This document shows positions 17,970 through 27,434 of a stretch of 64,000 nucleotides of DNA, one piece after another; within the stretch, counting starts at the first letter, position 1; every line of letters begins with the position of its first letter. The position numbers were made by a program, and so were the translations under genes. Source of the DNA: Sulfurovum sp. (GTDB lineage Bacteria; Campylobacterota; Campylobacteria; Campylobacterales; Sulfurovaceae); contig JAMOTA010000016.1 of assembly GCA_027068435.1 (NCBI GenBank), positions 15,228 to 79,227 on the forward strand, read 5' to 3'. The notes under the pieces are model-generated. The model was not told where the DNA came from, searched no databases, and worked only from the letters and a program-made list of their open reading frames with translations.

Positions 17970-19298
17970 ATGAATATTGGACAAAAAGTACTTTTTGAGC
18001 TTAAAAAAGAGATTAGTGAAACAGAATATGAACGTTACATAAAAAAACTCGTTTACGATACAACACATTCAAGAAGTAATATGATTTATTTTAATGCACC
18101 AAATATGATTATTGCAAAGTGGGTGAAAACAAAGTACTTAGATAAAATGATACATCTTTTTGAACTTCAAAATGAAGTAAGACCTAAGATAGAGATAAGT
18201 GTAGGTAAGAAGCAAGTACAAAACAGTAGTGTACAGCAGAAACAACCTTTAGAAAAAAGTAATACTAAAAGCACTTACTTAAACCCTTCTTTAACTTTTG
18301 AAAGTTTTATCGTAGGTGATTCTAACCAATTTGCCTTTACCACTGCCAAATCTGTAGCAGAAAAACCAGGTAGGCAGTATAACCCTCTTTTTATCTATGG
18401 TGGGGTAGGTTTAGGTAAGACCCATTTACTTCAAGCCATAGGTAACTACCATTTAGAGTTAGGTAAAACAGTTATTTACACTACACTTGAACAGTTTATG
18501 AATACCTTTACTTCTCACCTACGTTCTCAAACGATGGATAGATTTAGAGATAAATTTAGAGAGTGTGATTTGTTACTTATAGATGATATACAGTTTCTGA
18601 GCCGTAAAGAGCAGACTCAAGAGGAGTTTTTTCACACCTTTAATGAACTATATAATGCCAACAAACAAATAGTTATCACTTCAGATAGACAACCTAATAA
18701 AATAGCTGGTTTAGTAGATAGACTTAAAAGTCGTTTTGAGTGGGGACTGATGGCAGATATTCAACCTCCTGGACTGGAGACTAAAATTGCTATTATTCAA
18801 AAGAAATGTGAATTAGATGGTATTAATCTTAACTCTGAAATCGTAAACTTTATTGCTACAAATATGGGTGATAATATACGAGAGATAGAGGGAACTATTA
18901 TTAAACTTAATGCTCTATCTTCTATGTTAAATCAAGAGATTACTTTAGATTTTGCACAAAATGCTATAAAAGATCAACTCAAAGAGAAAAAAGAGAATAT
19001 TACCATAGATGATATAGTAAAAATAGTCTCTATAGAACTCAATATTAAACCTTCTGATATAAAATCGAAAAAACGTACTAAAAATGTAGTAAATGCTCGT
19101 AGAACTGCCATATATTTAGCACGTAACCTTACACCAAATTCTATGCCTCAAATTGCTCTATATTTTGGCATGAAAGATCATACTGCTATCTCTCATGCTA
19201 TGAAAAAAATACATGAAATTATAGACCAAGATGAAAACTTCAAAGTATTATTAGAAGAACTTTCAAATAAAATACATACAAACACTAAAATCTTATAA
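17970..19298 (+). CDS. dnaA: Chromosomal replication initiator
   Basis: YNPLFIYGGVGLGKTHLL, LLIDDIQFL, RLKSRFEWGL, KDHTAISHA. Confidence 0.99.
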   Translation: MNIGQKVLFELKKEISETEYERYIKKLVYDTTHSRSNMIYFNAPNMIIAKWVKTKYLDKMIHLFELQNEVRPKIEISVGKKQVQNSSVQQKQPLEKSNTKSTYLNPSLTFESFIVGDSNQFAFTTAKSVAEKPGRQYNPLFIYGGVGLGKTHLLQAIGNYHLELGKTVIYTTLEQFMNTFTSHLRSQTMDRFRDKFRECDLLLIDDIQFLSRKEQTQEEFFHTFNELYNANKQIVITSDRQPNKIAGLVDRLKSRFEWGLMADIQPPGLETKIAIIQKKCELDGINLNSEIVNFIATNMGDNIREIEGTIIKLNALSSMLNQEITLDFAQNAIKDQLKEKKENITIDDIVKIVSIELNIKPSDIKSKKRTKNVVNARRTAIYLARNLTPNSMPQIALYFGMKDHTAISHAMKKIHEIIDQDENFKVLLEELSNKIHTNTKIL

Positions 19299-19475
19299 AA
19301 CTTACTTATAAGATTTGAATATAAAAAAAGATATAATTTTAAAAGTGAATAAAGGTGAATAGTTAAATAAACTTTTACCATTGTTAAACAACGTGTATAG
19401 CGTCTTTAAAGTAGTTTTTCACATTTTCATGGAGAACTACTACTATCTACTATAATATTAAAAATAAGGGAATCT
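19299..19475. other. oriC2: DnaA boxes, AT-rich unwinding region and DnaA-trios between dnaA and dnaN
   Basis: Minus-strand boxes at 19344-19352 and 19354-19362; TTTTTCACA at 19415-19423, followed by GGAG and the trio-like run CTACTACTATCTACTAT (19437-19453). Confidence 0.8.
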
Positions 19476-20543
19476 ATGAAGATTAAAGTAAAAAAGCAAA
19501 TTATAGAATCAATTCTTATCAATCTACAGCCTTTTTTAGAAAAAAAAGATGCTAGTCAAATTACTGCTCATATACTCTTTATTGCTTCAAATGATAAGTC
19601 TATTATCAAAGCATCAGATGGGGAGATAGGATTACAAATAGTTACTGAATATATAACTATAGATTCAGAAGGATCATTTACTGCTAATGGAAAAAAACTA
19701 TTAGACATTATTAGAATTTTAAAAGATGATGAAATAACATTAGAAGTTATAAATGATATATTAATTATTAAACAAAAACACTCTAAATTTAAACTTCCAA
19801 CATTTAATCCAGAAACCTACCCTAAATTTCCATCAGCAGAAAACAAACCAAAAATTACATTAGATTCTTTAAAACTTATTCAAAATCTTAAAAAAATTTC
19901 TCCTGCAATAGATAATAACAATCCTAAGTTTGAACTTAATGGAGCATTAATCAATATTAAAAGTAACTCAACTGATTTAGTAGGTACTGATACAAGAAGA
20001 TTAGCTATTGCTACTATTGAAAGTTTAAATGATGAAGAGCGTTCATTAATAGTTCCTAAAAAAGCTATTTTAGAGATACAAAAACTTTTTTTAGATGAGA
20101 TAGATATTTTTATTGATGAAACCAATTTAATTATTACAAATAAAAATTACTTTTTCTTTACACGTTTAATAAATGGTAAGTATCCTGATTATCAAAGAAT
20201 TATCCCTACTATGATTAAACATGAAGTTACTTTACCTAAAAAAGAGATGATAGATGCTATTAAAATGATTACTACTATTTCTCAAGAGATTAAAATAACT
20301 TTAACTGAGCATGCTATTTTATTTAACTCATTAAGTGCAGATAATGTTGAAGCTAAAACAGAATTAGATATAGCTACAGGAATTACTGAAAACTTTGAAC
20401 TTAGCTTTAATAGTAAATATCTTTTGGATTTTATTTCACAAATTGATACTACAGAGTTTACTATAGAATTCAATGAAACATCACTACCCTTTATCGTTAG
20501 AAACGGTACTTTTATTACTATAATCATGCCTATTGTTGCATAA
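19476..20543 (+). CDS. dnaN: DNA polymerase III beta clamp
   Basis: Position after dnaA; VGTDTRRLA, RLINGKYPDYQRIIP, C-terminal IIMPI. Confidence 0.97.
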   Translation: MKIKVKKQIIESILINLQPFLEKKDASQITAHILFIASNDKSIIKASDGEIGLQIVTEYITIDSEGSFTANGKKLLDIIRILKDDEITLEVINDILIIKQKHSKFKLPTFNPETYPKFPSAENKPKITLDSLKLIQNLKKISPAIDNNNPKFELNGALINIKSNSTDLVGTDTRRLAIATIESLNDEERSLIVPKKAILEIQKLFLDEIDIFIDETNLIITNKNYFFFTRLINGKYPDYQRIIPTMIKHEVTLPKKEMIDAIKMITTISQEIKITLTEHAILFNSLSADNVEAKTELDIATGITENFELSFNSKYLLDFISQIDTTEFTIEFNETSLPFIVRNGTFITIIMPIVA

Positions 20544-20558
20544 AAGGAAAAAACATAA

Positions 20559-22193
20559 ATGACTGAAAAAGATACTAAATATATATTTGTTACAGGTGGG
20601 GTACTCTCTTCTTTAGGAAAAGGTATTACAGCTGCTAGTGTAGGAACGTTACTTAAACATACAGGACTTCGTGTAGGAGTATTAAAACTAGACCCTTATA
20701 TAAATGTTGATCCTGGAACTATGTCTCCATTAGAACATGGTGAAGTTTTTGTTACTAAAGATGGTGCTGAAACAGATTTAGATTTAGGGCATTATGAAAG
20801 ATTTTTAGATACCTCTTTAACTCAAAATAATAACTTTACCACAGGACTTGTTTATAAAACAGTTATTGAAAATGAGAGAAAAGGAAAGTATTTAGGTAAA
20901 ACTATTCAAGTTGTACCACATATTGTAAATGAAATAAAAGAGCGTATTATTAAAGCTGGTGAGGGTAAAAATATTCTTATTGTTGAACTTGGTGGAACAA
21001 CTGGAGATATAGAAGGTTTACCATTTTTAGAGACTATTAGACAGATGAAACATGAGTTTGGCAGCAAACAAGTGATGAATATACATGTTACTCTTCTGCC
21101 TTATATCAAAGCTGCTGGTGAGCTTAAAACAAAACCTACACAACACTCAGTACAAGAACTTAGACGTATTGGTATTGCTCCTCATATGCTTGTACTTAGA
21201 GCAGAAGTACCAGTCGCTAGTGAGATTAAAAGAAAAATCTCTTTCTCTTGTGACGTAGAAGAGGAATCTATTATTATTGCAGCAGATGCAGCGACTATTT
21301 ACCAAGTTCCTCTAAATTTTTTAGAGCAAGATATTCTTCTACCTATTTGTAAACAACTAGAACTTCCCTCTTGTGAACCTAAAATGGATGAGTGGGCAAA
21401 ATTAGTACATAGAATTATTTTACCTACTCATGAGATGAAAATAGCCTTTGTTGGTAAATATTTAGATTTAAAAGAGTCTTATAAGTCATTAACTGAAGCA
21501 CTTATTCACGCAGGAGCACATTTAGATACGAAAGTAAATATCAAATGGGTTGACTCTGAAAAAGTAGAAGAAGATGGTGCTCAAAAGTTCTTAAATGATT
21601 GTGATGGTATTTTAGTTGCAGGTGGTTTTGGAGAGCGTGGTGTAGAGGGTAAAATAAAAGCTATTCAATACGCAAGAGAAGAGAAAATACCTTTCTTAGG
21701 TATCTGTCTTGGTATGCAACTCTCTATGATAGAGTTTGCTAGAAATGTACTAAAATTAGAAGATGCTAACTCTGTAGAGTTTGATGAAAGTACAAAGAAT
21801 CCACTTATTTATCTCATTGATGAGTTTATAGATGCTTCAGGTTCTAAACAGTTAAGAACAAAAAGTTCTCCAATGGGAGGTACTATGCGTCTTGGTGAAT
21901 ATGAGTGTCAAACAAAAGAGGGTTCTAAACTTAGAGAAGCATATGATGCACCTATAATTTTTGAGAGACATAGACACCGTTTTGAAGCAAATCCAGCATA
22001 TAGAGAAGCGTTAGAGTCCAATGGTATGAATATTACAGGTGAGTCTCATGGACTTATAGAAGCTGTTGAAGTAGTTGACCATCCATGGTTCTTAGGGGTA
22101 CAGTTTCATCCTGAGTTTACTTCAAGACTTCAAAGTGTAAACCCATCAATTCTAGCATTTGTAGATGCTTCACTTAAACATAAAAATAGATGA
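20559..22193 (+). CDS. pyrG: CTP synthase
   Basis: [36 protein letters not shown]. Confidence 0.99.
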   Translation: MTEKDTKYIFVTGGVLSSLGKGITAASVGTLLKHTGLRVGVLKLDPYINVDPGTMSPLEHGEVFVTKDGAETDLDLGHYERFLDTSLTQNNNFTTGLVYKTVIENERKGKYLGKTIQVVPHIVNEIKERIIKAGEGKNILIVELGGTTGDIEGLPFLETIRQMKHEFGSKQVMNIHVTLLPYIKAAGELKTKPTQHSVQELRRIGIAPHMLVLRAEVPVASEIKRKISFSCDVEEESIIIAADAATIYQVPLNFLEQDILLPICKQLELPSCEPKMDEWAKLVHRIILPTHEMKIAFVGKYLDLKESYKSLTEALIHAGAHLDTKVNIKWVDSEKVEEDGAQKFLNDCDGILVAGGFGERGVEGKIKAIQYAREEKIPFLGICLGMQLSMIEFARNVLKLEDANSVEFDESTKNPLIYLIDEFIDASGSKQLRTKSSPMGGTMRLGEYECQTKEGSKLREAYDAPIIFERHRHRFEANPAYREALESNGMNITGESHGLIEAVEVVDHPWFLGVQFHPEFTSRLQSVNPSILAFVDASLKHKNR

Positions 22194-23770
22194 TTCCTTT
22201 ATTAACGCTTCAAGCGTTAGAGAAACTACTCAAACAACGTTTTGAAGAGGGGTTTCTCTCTTTGAAAGATTTACCACACCCATCCACCTTTAAAGATATG
22301 GATAGAGCTACGCAACGCATAGTAAAAGCAATACAACGTAGAGAAAAAATTACTATTATTGGTGATTATGATGTAGATGGAGTTACCTCTACTACACTCA
22401 TGAAACTCTTTTTTGAAGAGATAGATTATCCTATACAGTGGATTATTCCTAACCGTTTTAAAGATGGTTATGGACTCTCTGCTACTATTATCTCCCGTAT
22501 TAAAGGTACTGATTTAGCTATTACTGTTGATAATGGTATCTCTGCTGTAGTAGCTGCAAAACTTTGTACAGAAGCGGGCATAGAACTTATCATTACTGAC
22601 CATCACTTGTTAGCACCAGAACTACCTGAAGCGTACGCGATCATAGATCAGAAACAAGAAGATTGTGATTTTCCTTACTCTGAAGTATGTGGGGCTCAAA
22701 TAGCTTGGTATCTTATTGCTTCAGTCAAAAATGCTCTCAGTATAAAAATAGATATGATGTCATATATGGAGTTAGTATCTATAGCTATTATTGCAGATAT
22801 GATGCCTTTACAGCATATAAATAGAGTGATGGTTATTCGAGGTATAGAAGCGTTAAACTCAAGTAAAAGACCAGCCATAAGAGCATTTTTTGAACATGCT
22901 AAAAAAGAGAGCTTAAGTGCTGAAGATATTGGCTTTTTTTTAGCACCTCTTATTAACAGTGCAGGACGTATGGAAGATGCTTCTTTTGCAGTTGATTTTT
23001 TAGCCTCTACCAATATTTATGATGCAAGAGTAAGACTCGATAGACTCATAGAGTTTAATACCCTTAGAAAATCTACAGAACAGAGCATTACTGAAAAAGC
23101 GATGCAGCAAGTCAACACTGAAGACAAAGTCATAGTAGTTTATGGTGAAGATTGGCATGAGGGTGTAGTAGGTATAGTCGCCGCACGTGTATCAAGAGCG
23201 TATGAAAAACCGTGTATTGTCCTCTCTCAAAATGAAGATGGAGTATTAAAGGGTAGTGGTAGAAGTTTTGGTGCATGTGATTTATTTACTATTACAAGTG
23301 GTGCTAGAGAATATTTGGAAAAATTTGGAGGACATAGTGCTGCGATTGGACTCTCTTTAAAAAAAGAGAATTTAGAAGCATTTAAAATAATACTAGAAAA
23401 AAATTATCATTTAGGTAATTATATTGAAGAGTATGAAGACCCTGAGGTATTAGGTAAATTGCACTTTAAAGATATTAACTTTACACTGACTAATTTAGTT
23501 AAACAGTATGAACCTTATGGTCAGGGAAATCCTACACCTAAATTTATCTCAACAAACGTAGAAATACTTCAAGTAGATGCTATGGGAAAAGAGGGGGAAC
23601 ATTTACGTTTTAATTTTTCTCAAAATGATATACATATGCAAGGTGTAAAGTTTAAAACGAGAGAATCTTTTAATGTTGGAGAAAAGGTTACTATTAGCTA
23701 CACAATTAATGAAAATTATTTTAGAGGAAATGTAACATTACAGTTGATGATAGATAAAGTGACGATTTAA
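22190..23770 (+). CDS. recJ: ssDNA exonuclease RecJ
   Basis: DYDVDG, VDNG, TDHH (DHH), GGHSAAIG (DHHA1), PYGQGNP. Confidence 0.96.
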   Translation: MIPLLTLQALEKLLKQRFEEGFLSLKDLPHPSTFKDMDRATQRIVKAIQRREKITIIGDYDVDGVTSTTLMKLFFEEIDYPIQWIIPNRFKDGYGLSATIISRIKGTDLAITVDNGISAVVAAKLCTEAGIELIITDHHLLAPELPEAYAIIDQKQEDCDFPYSEVCGAQIAWYLIASVKNALSIKIDMMSYMELVSIAIIADMMPLQHINRVMVIRGIEALNSSKRPAIRAFFEHAKKESLSAEDIGFFLAPLINSAGRMEDASFAVDFLASTNIYDARVRLDRLIEFNTLRKSTEQSITEKAMQQVNTEDKVIVVYGEDWHEGVVGIVAARVSRAYEKPCIVLSQNEDGVLKGSGRSFGACDLFTITSGAREYLEKFGGHSAAIGLSLKKENLEAFKIILEKNYHLGNYIEEYEDPEVLGKLHFKDINFTLTNLVKQYEPYGQGNPTPKFISTNVEILQVDAMGKEGEHLRFNFSQNDIHMQGVKFKTRESFNVGEKVTISYTINENYFRGNVTLQLMIDKVTI

Positions 23771-23934
23771 ATAAAGATAATAGATAGATAAAACCCCATT
23801 TGAAGTTAATTTTATTAATAAAAATAATAATAAATATTTGTATAAATTATATTGAGTATAAGTTATTTTTTTTTAATAATATATTATATTAATTGATGTA
23901 GAATAAACAACTAATATAATACAAAGGAGTAGTT

Positions 23935-25398
23935 TTGGATAAAAAAATGCTAAAAGAGGGAATGGATATCATAGATGCACATTTCAAAAATGAAGGAGTA
24001 TCACGTCGTGATGCTATAAAAATGTTTGGTGCAGGTGGGGCAGCAATGCTTATGGGAAGTGGTGCAACTACAGAACTTAATGCTAGCAGTTCAGCTGTTA
24101 AAGCAAAGATCTTAATTGTTGGTGGTGGTTTGGCAGGTATGTCAACAGCTGCACGTTTTGCAAATTCTTTAGATAATCCAGATATTACAGTACTTGAACC
24201 TACAAGTACCTCTACATCATACCAACCAGGTCAAACACTTGTTGGAGCTGGTATATGGGAAGCAAGTGATGTAACTTACCAAAGAGATAACTTTGTACCA
24301 AGTGGTGTAACACTTATTAAAGAAAAAGCTGTTGAATTTGATCCTGAAAACAACACAGTAAAAACTTCAGGTGGTAAAACACTTAAATATGACTATATGG
24401 TTATTGCTGCAGGACTTAAACTTGACTTTGCTAAAATAGAAGGTCTTGGAATTAGCGATACCATTACTACAAGAGGTGATGATTCAGAGGTAAGAAAAGT
24501 TGTTGGTAAAAATGGTATAACTTCTATTTATTTTGCTAATGGTGCTGCTGATACTTGGACTGAGATGCAAAAATTTATTGCTTCTGCTAAAAGTGGTAAA
24601 AAAGTAAAAGGTCTATTTACTCACCCTAATACTCCTATTAAATGTGGTGGAGCTCCTAAAAAGATTATGTATCTTACAGATGCAAGACTTAGAGAAGCAG
24701 GTGCAAGAGACAATGCTGAACTTACATTCTTACCAAATGGTAGTAAAATGTTTGGTGTTAAAGAGTATCATGATGCTATCGTAAACCAGTTTGAAGCTAG
24801 AGATTTTAAATGGAATTATAGACACAACCTTGTTGCTGTAGATCCTGTTAAAAAAGTAGCTACCTTTAACAGACACTGGAAAGAGAAAGGTGCTTGGGAT
24901 GAAGATCTTGAAGAGTACTCAATCGTACCAAGAAGTGAAAAAGTAGAAAAAGAGTTTGATTTCTTACATATCACACCACCAATGAAAGCTGCTGAAGAGA
25001 TTGCTAATTCTCCAGTTGGTTCTGCTAAAGGTTGGGTACCTGTTAAAAAAGAGACACTTCAACATGTTAAATTCCCTAATGTATTTGCACTAGGTGATAT
25101 TGCAGCTGTACCAATGGGTAAAACTGGGGGATCAGCAAGAAAACAGTACAAAGTTGTTGTAGATAATATTATTGCATTAATGGAAGGTAAAGAGTTTACT
25201 TCTTTCTATGAAGGATATACAGTATGTCCATTGATTACAAGTATTGGTACGGTAATGCTTGCAGAGTTTAACTGGACTAAAAAGCCTACACCTTCATTCC
25301 CTCTTGACCCTACACAAGAAAGATGGATTTGGTGGTTGCTTAAAGTTTATGCACTTAAGCCAATGACACAATACGGTATGCTTTCTGGTAGAGCATAA
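23935..25398 (+). CDS. sqr: Tat-exported FAD sulfide dehydrogenase, type II Sqr-like
   Basis: SRRDAIK twin-arginine signal, IVGGGLAG Rossmann motif, PIKCGGAPKK and GYTVCPLIT catalytic-Cys motifs; TTG start after AAGGAG. Confidence 0.8.
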   Translation: MDKKMLKEGMDIIDAHFKNEGVSRRDAIKMFGAGGAAMLMGSGATTELNASSSAVKAKILIVGGGLAGMSTAARFANSLDNPDITVLEPTSTSTSYQPGQTLVGAGIWEASDVTYQRDNFVPSGVTLIKEKAVEFDPENNTVKTSGGKTLKYDYMVIAAGLKLDFAKIEGLGISDTITTRGDDSEVRKVVGKNGITSIYFANGAADTWTEMQKFIASAKSGKKVKGLFTHPNTPIKCGGAPKKIMYLTDARLREAGARDNAELTFLPNGSKMFGVKEYHDAIVNQFEARDFKWNYRHNLVAVDPVKKVATFNRHWKEKGAWDEDLEEYSIVPRSEKVEKEFDFLHITPPMKAAEEIANSPVGSAKGWVPVKKETLQHVKFPNVFALGDIAAVPMGKTGGSARKQYKVVVDNIIALMEGKEFTSFYEGYTVCPLITSIGTVMLAEFNWTKKPTPSFPLDPTQERWIWWLLKVYALKPMTQYGMLSGRA

Positions 25399-25422
25399 TT
25401 AGATAGAAATAAGGAAATATAT

Positions 25423-26001
25423 ATGAAAAAAACAACAATAGTAATGTTAGCAACAGCTACACTTTTTGGATTAAGTGGATGTGGTAATGATACTCCAAGT
25501 TCTTCAGAAGCAAAAGTTTATAGTAAAACAGCAACAGAAGTATATACACAATCTTGTAAAAAATGTCATGGTGATAATGCAGAGGGTATTGTAAAGAAAA
25601 AAGCCCCAGCATTAAATGATAGACAAGCAGGAGAGCTAGAATTGGATCTTTATGATGTTAAAAATGGTGGTACGAACCAGTCTTCTGGAACAGATCATGA
25701 TATCATGGAGCATAATATGCAAAAGCTACTAGATAAAGGTTATGATTATGATCCTAAAGCAATGGCTGAGTATATAGAGAAAAACTTTTATAAAAAAGAT
25801 GCGCCTAAAGCAGCAGTAAAAATAGTAAAAGAAGCAGCAACTGAAGTAGTTGAAGAAGTAAAAGCTGTAGAAGTGCCTACAGAAGTAAAAGAAACAACTG
25901 AAAAAGTAGTAAAAATAGTAAAAGAAGCAACAACTGAAATAGTTGAAGAAGTAAAAGCTGTAGAAGTGCCTACAGAAGTAAAAGAAGTAGTAGCTCACTA
26001 A
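25423..26001 (+). CDS. Monohaem c-type cytochrome lipoprotein with repetitive V/E/K/T-rich tail
   Basis: Lipobox LSGC, CKKCH haem motif, candidate distal Met, duplicated C-terminal segment. Confidence 0.85.
   Translation: MKKTTIVMLATATLFGLSGCGNDTPSSSEAKVYSKTATEVYTQSCKKCHGDNAEGIVKKKAPALNDRQAGELELDLYDVKNGGTNQSSGTDHDIMEHNMQKLLDKGYDYDPKAMAEYIEKNFYKKDAPKAAVKIVKEAATEVVEEVKAVEVPTEVKETTEKVVKIVKEATTEIVEEVKAVEVPTEVKEVVAH
25816..25986 (+). repeat. Intragenic tandem duplication, period 93 bp (31 aa)
   Basis: 78-bp copies at 25816-25893 and 25909-25986 differ at 2 positions. Confidence 0.9.
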
Positions 26002-26005
26002 TACT

Positions 26006-26035
26006 TATTCTCAGAGAAATAATTCTCTGAGAATA
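26006..26035 (+). terminator. Hairpin after the cytochrome c gene
   Basis: TATTCTCAGAGAA-ATAA-TTCTCTGAGAATA, a perfect 13-bp stem. Confidence 0.7.
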
Positions 26036-26088
26036 TTCTCCCACAAATTTCTATTTAAAGTTCAAACTACTCTTATATAAAATTATGT

Positions 26089-26113
26089 TAATCTTATAAC
26101 AGTTATAAGATTA
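26089..26113. promoter_or_regulatory. 12-1-12 palindrome, putative operator of the cytochrome b-DHC gene
   Basis: TAATCTTATAAC-A-GTTATAAGATTA, 19 bp upstream of the ATG. Confidence 0.55.
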
Positions 26114-26132
26114 TATTTTAAGGTCTATCATT

Positions 26133-27263
26133 ATGAATAAAAAAGATGGATATGTATTTGTTTGGCCCATAGGTACAAGAATCATACATTGGATGATGGT
26201 ATTATCCTTCACAACAGCATTTATTACTTCGTTTTATGAGTATTTACTTCATGATCATGTGGCATTTGGTTTTATTTTTTTAATTATTATTATTTATAGA
26301 ATTATTTGGGGCTTTATTGGTCCTGATTATGCTAAGTTTAAAACATTTAAATTAAAACCCTCTCAACTAAAACATTATTTTGTTGAAAAGATACAAAATA
26401 GATGGCGTAAAATACCAGCTGGACACAATGCTGCTTCTAGTTGGTTTACTGTTTGGGCATTAACTGTTGGTACTGTTATTGTTATCTCTGGTTTACTACT
26501 TTATGGTATTCAAGAGGGAAAAGGACTTTTTAGATTTTTAAATGATGATTATTCTCAGTATATGATACTTTTAGGATACATCCATAAATATGCATCTTAT
26601 CTCTTTGCTGCTTGGGCAGTTATACATATAGCTGGTGTAATGGTCGAGCAGTTTTGGCATAAAACCAATATGGTATTTGCTATGATTACAGGGTATAAAA
26701 AAACAGATGGAAAAGATACTAAAGTTAAACCTTATCTCTCCTTTTTTGCTTATAGTATAATTCTTATTGCTATAGGTACTTACTTTTTTATTGTGAGTAG
26801 TAATTATAACTTTTTAACAATACAAAAATATACTAATATTAATTATAAAGAGATAAAGCCTGTTTTTTACAATGAATGTGGAGATTGTCATAAAATATAT
26901 CCTCCTTATCTACTACCTAAAAAATCTTGGACACGTATTATGGGTGCATTGGATAACCACTTTGGTGAAGAGTTGACTGAGGCAAATATTAGCAAATCAC
27001 AACAAAGTTCAATCTTAGAGTTCCTAGTAGCAAACTCTGCTGAAACAAGTAAAAGAGAAGCTTCTGTGAAAATTATGTACTCTTTAGGTATCCGTCGTCC
27101 TAAGGCTATTACTAAAACACCATACTGGAGAGAGACACATAAACATATTCCTTTATCTGTCTATAAAGAGAAAAAGATAAAAGATAAATCAAACTGTATA
27201 GCTTGTCATAAAGACTTTGACCAAGGAAATTTAGACGATATGAATATACTTTATCAAAGATAA
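26133..27263 (+). CDS. Cytochrome b (Ni-hydrogenase cytb-like) fused to dihaem cytochrome c (DHC)
   Basis: RIIHW, HxxxG and HIAG haem-b His in TM helices; C-terminal ECGDCH...YPP..LP..SW and NCIACH haem-c motifs. Confidence 0.85.
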   Translation: MNKKDGYVFVWPIGTRIIHWMMVLSFTTAFITSFYEYLLHDHVAFGFIFLIIIIYRIIWGFIGPDYAKFKTFKLKPSQLKHYFVEKIQNRWRKIPAGHNAASSWFTVWALTVGTVIVISGLLLYGIQEGKGLFRFLNDDYSQYMILLGYIHKYASYLFAAWAVIHIAGVMVEQFWHKTNMVFAMITGYKKTDGKDTKVKPYLSFFAYSIILIAIGTYFFIVSSNYNFLTIQKYTNINYKEIKPVFYNECGDCHKIYPPYLLPKKSWTRIMGALDNHFGEELTEANISKSQQSSILEFLVANSAETSKREASVKIMYSLGIRRPKAITKTPYWRETHKHIPLSVYKEKKIKDKSNCIACHKDFDQGNLDDMNILYQR

Positions 27264-27314
27264 TATTCATACTGACGTAAAAAATGATACATTTTTTCTT
27301 AAAAACATTAAATA

Positions 27315-27328
27315 TTGATTTAAATCAT
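27315..27328. promoter_or_regulatory. Crp/Fnr-family box upstream of psrABC
   Basis: TTGAT-TTAA-ATCAT, one mismatch to TTGAT-N4-ATCAA. Confidence 0.5.
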
Positions 27329-27434
27329 AATTTCATAAGTAAAACTACTATAATATATAATATACGCTTATAAATAGGAGTAATTTACTCCTATTTGACT
27401 ATAGGTAATAATTATTATAAAAGGAGGAGTGCTT

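Noticed and set aside
25729-25998. Phe/Tyr/Cys-rich repetitive 89-aa ORF
   Set aside because: It is the antisense reading of the cytochrome c tail duplication.
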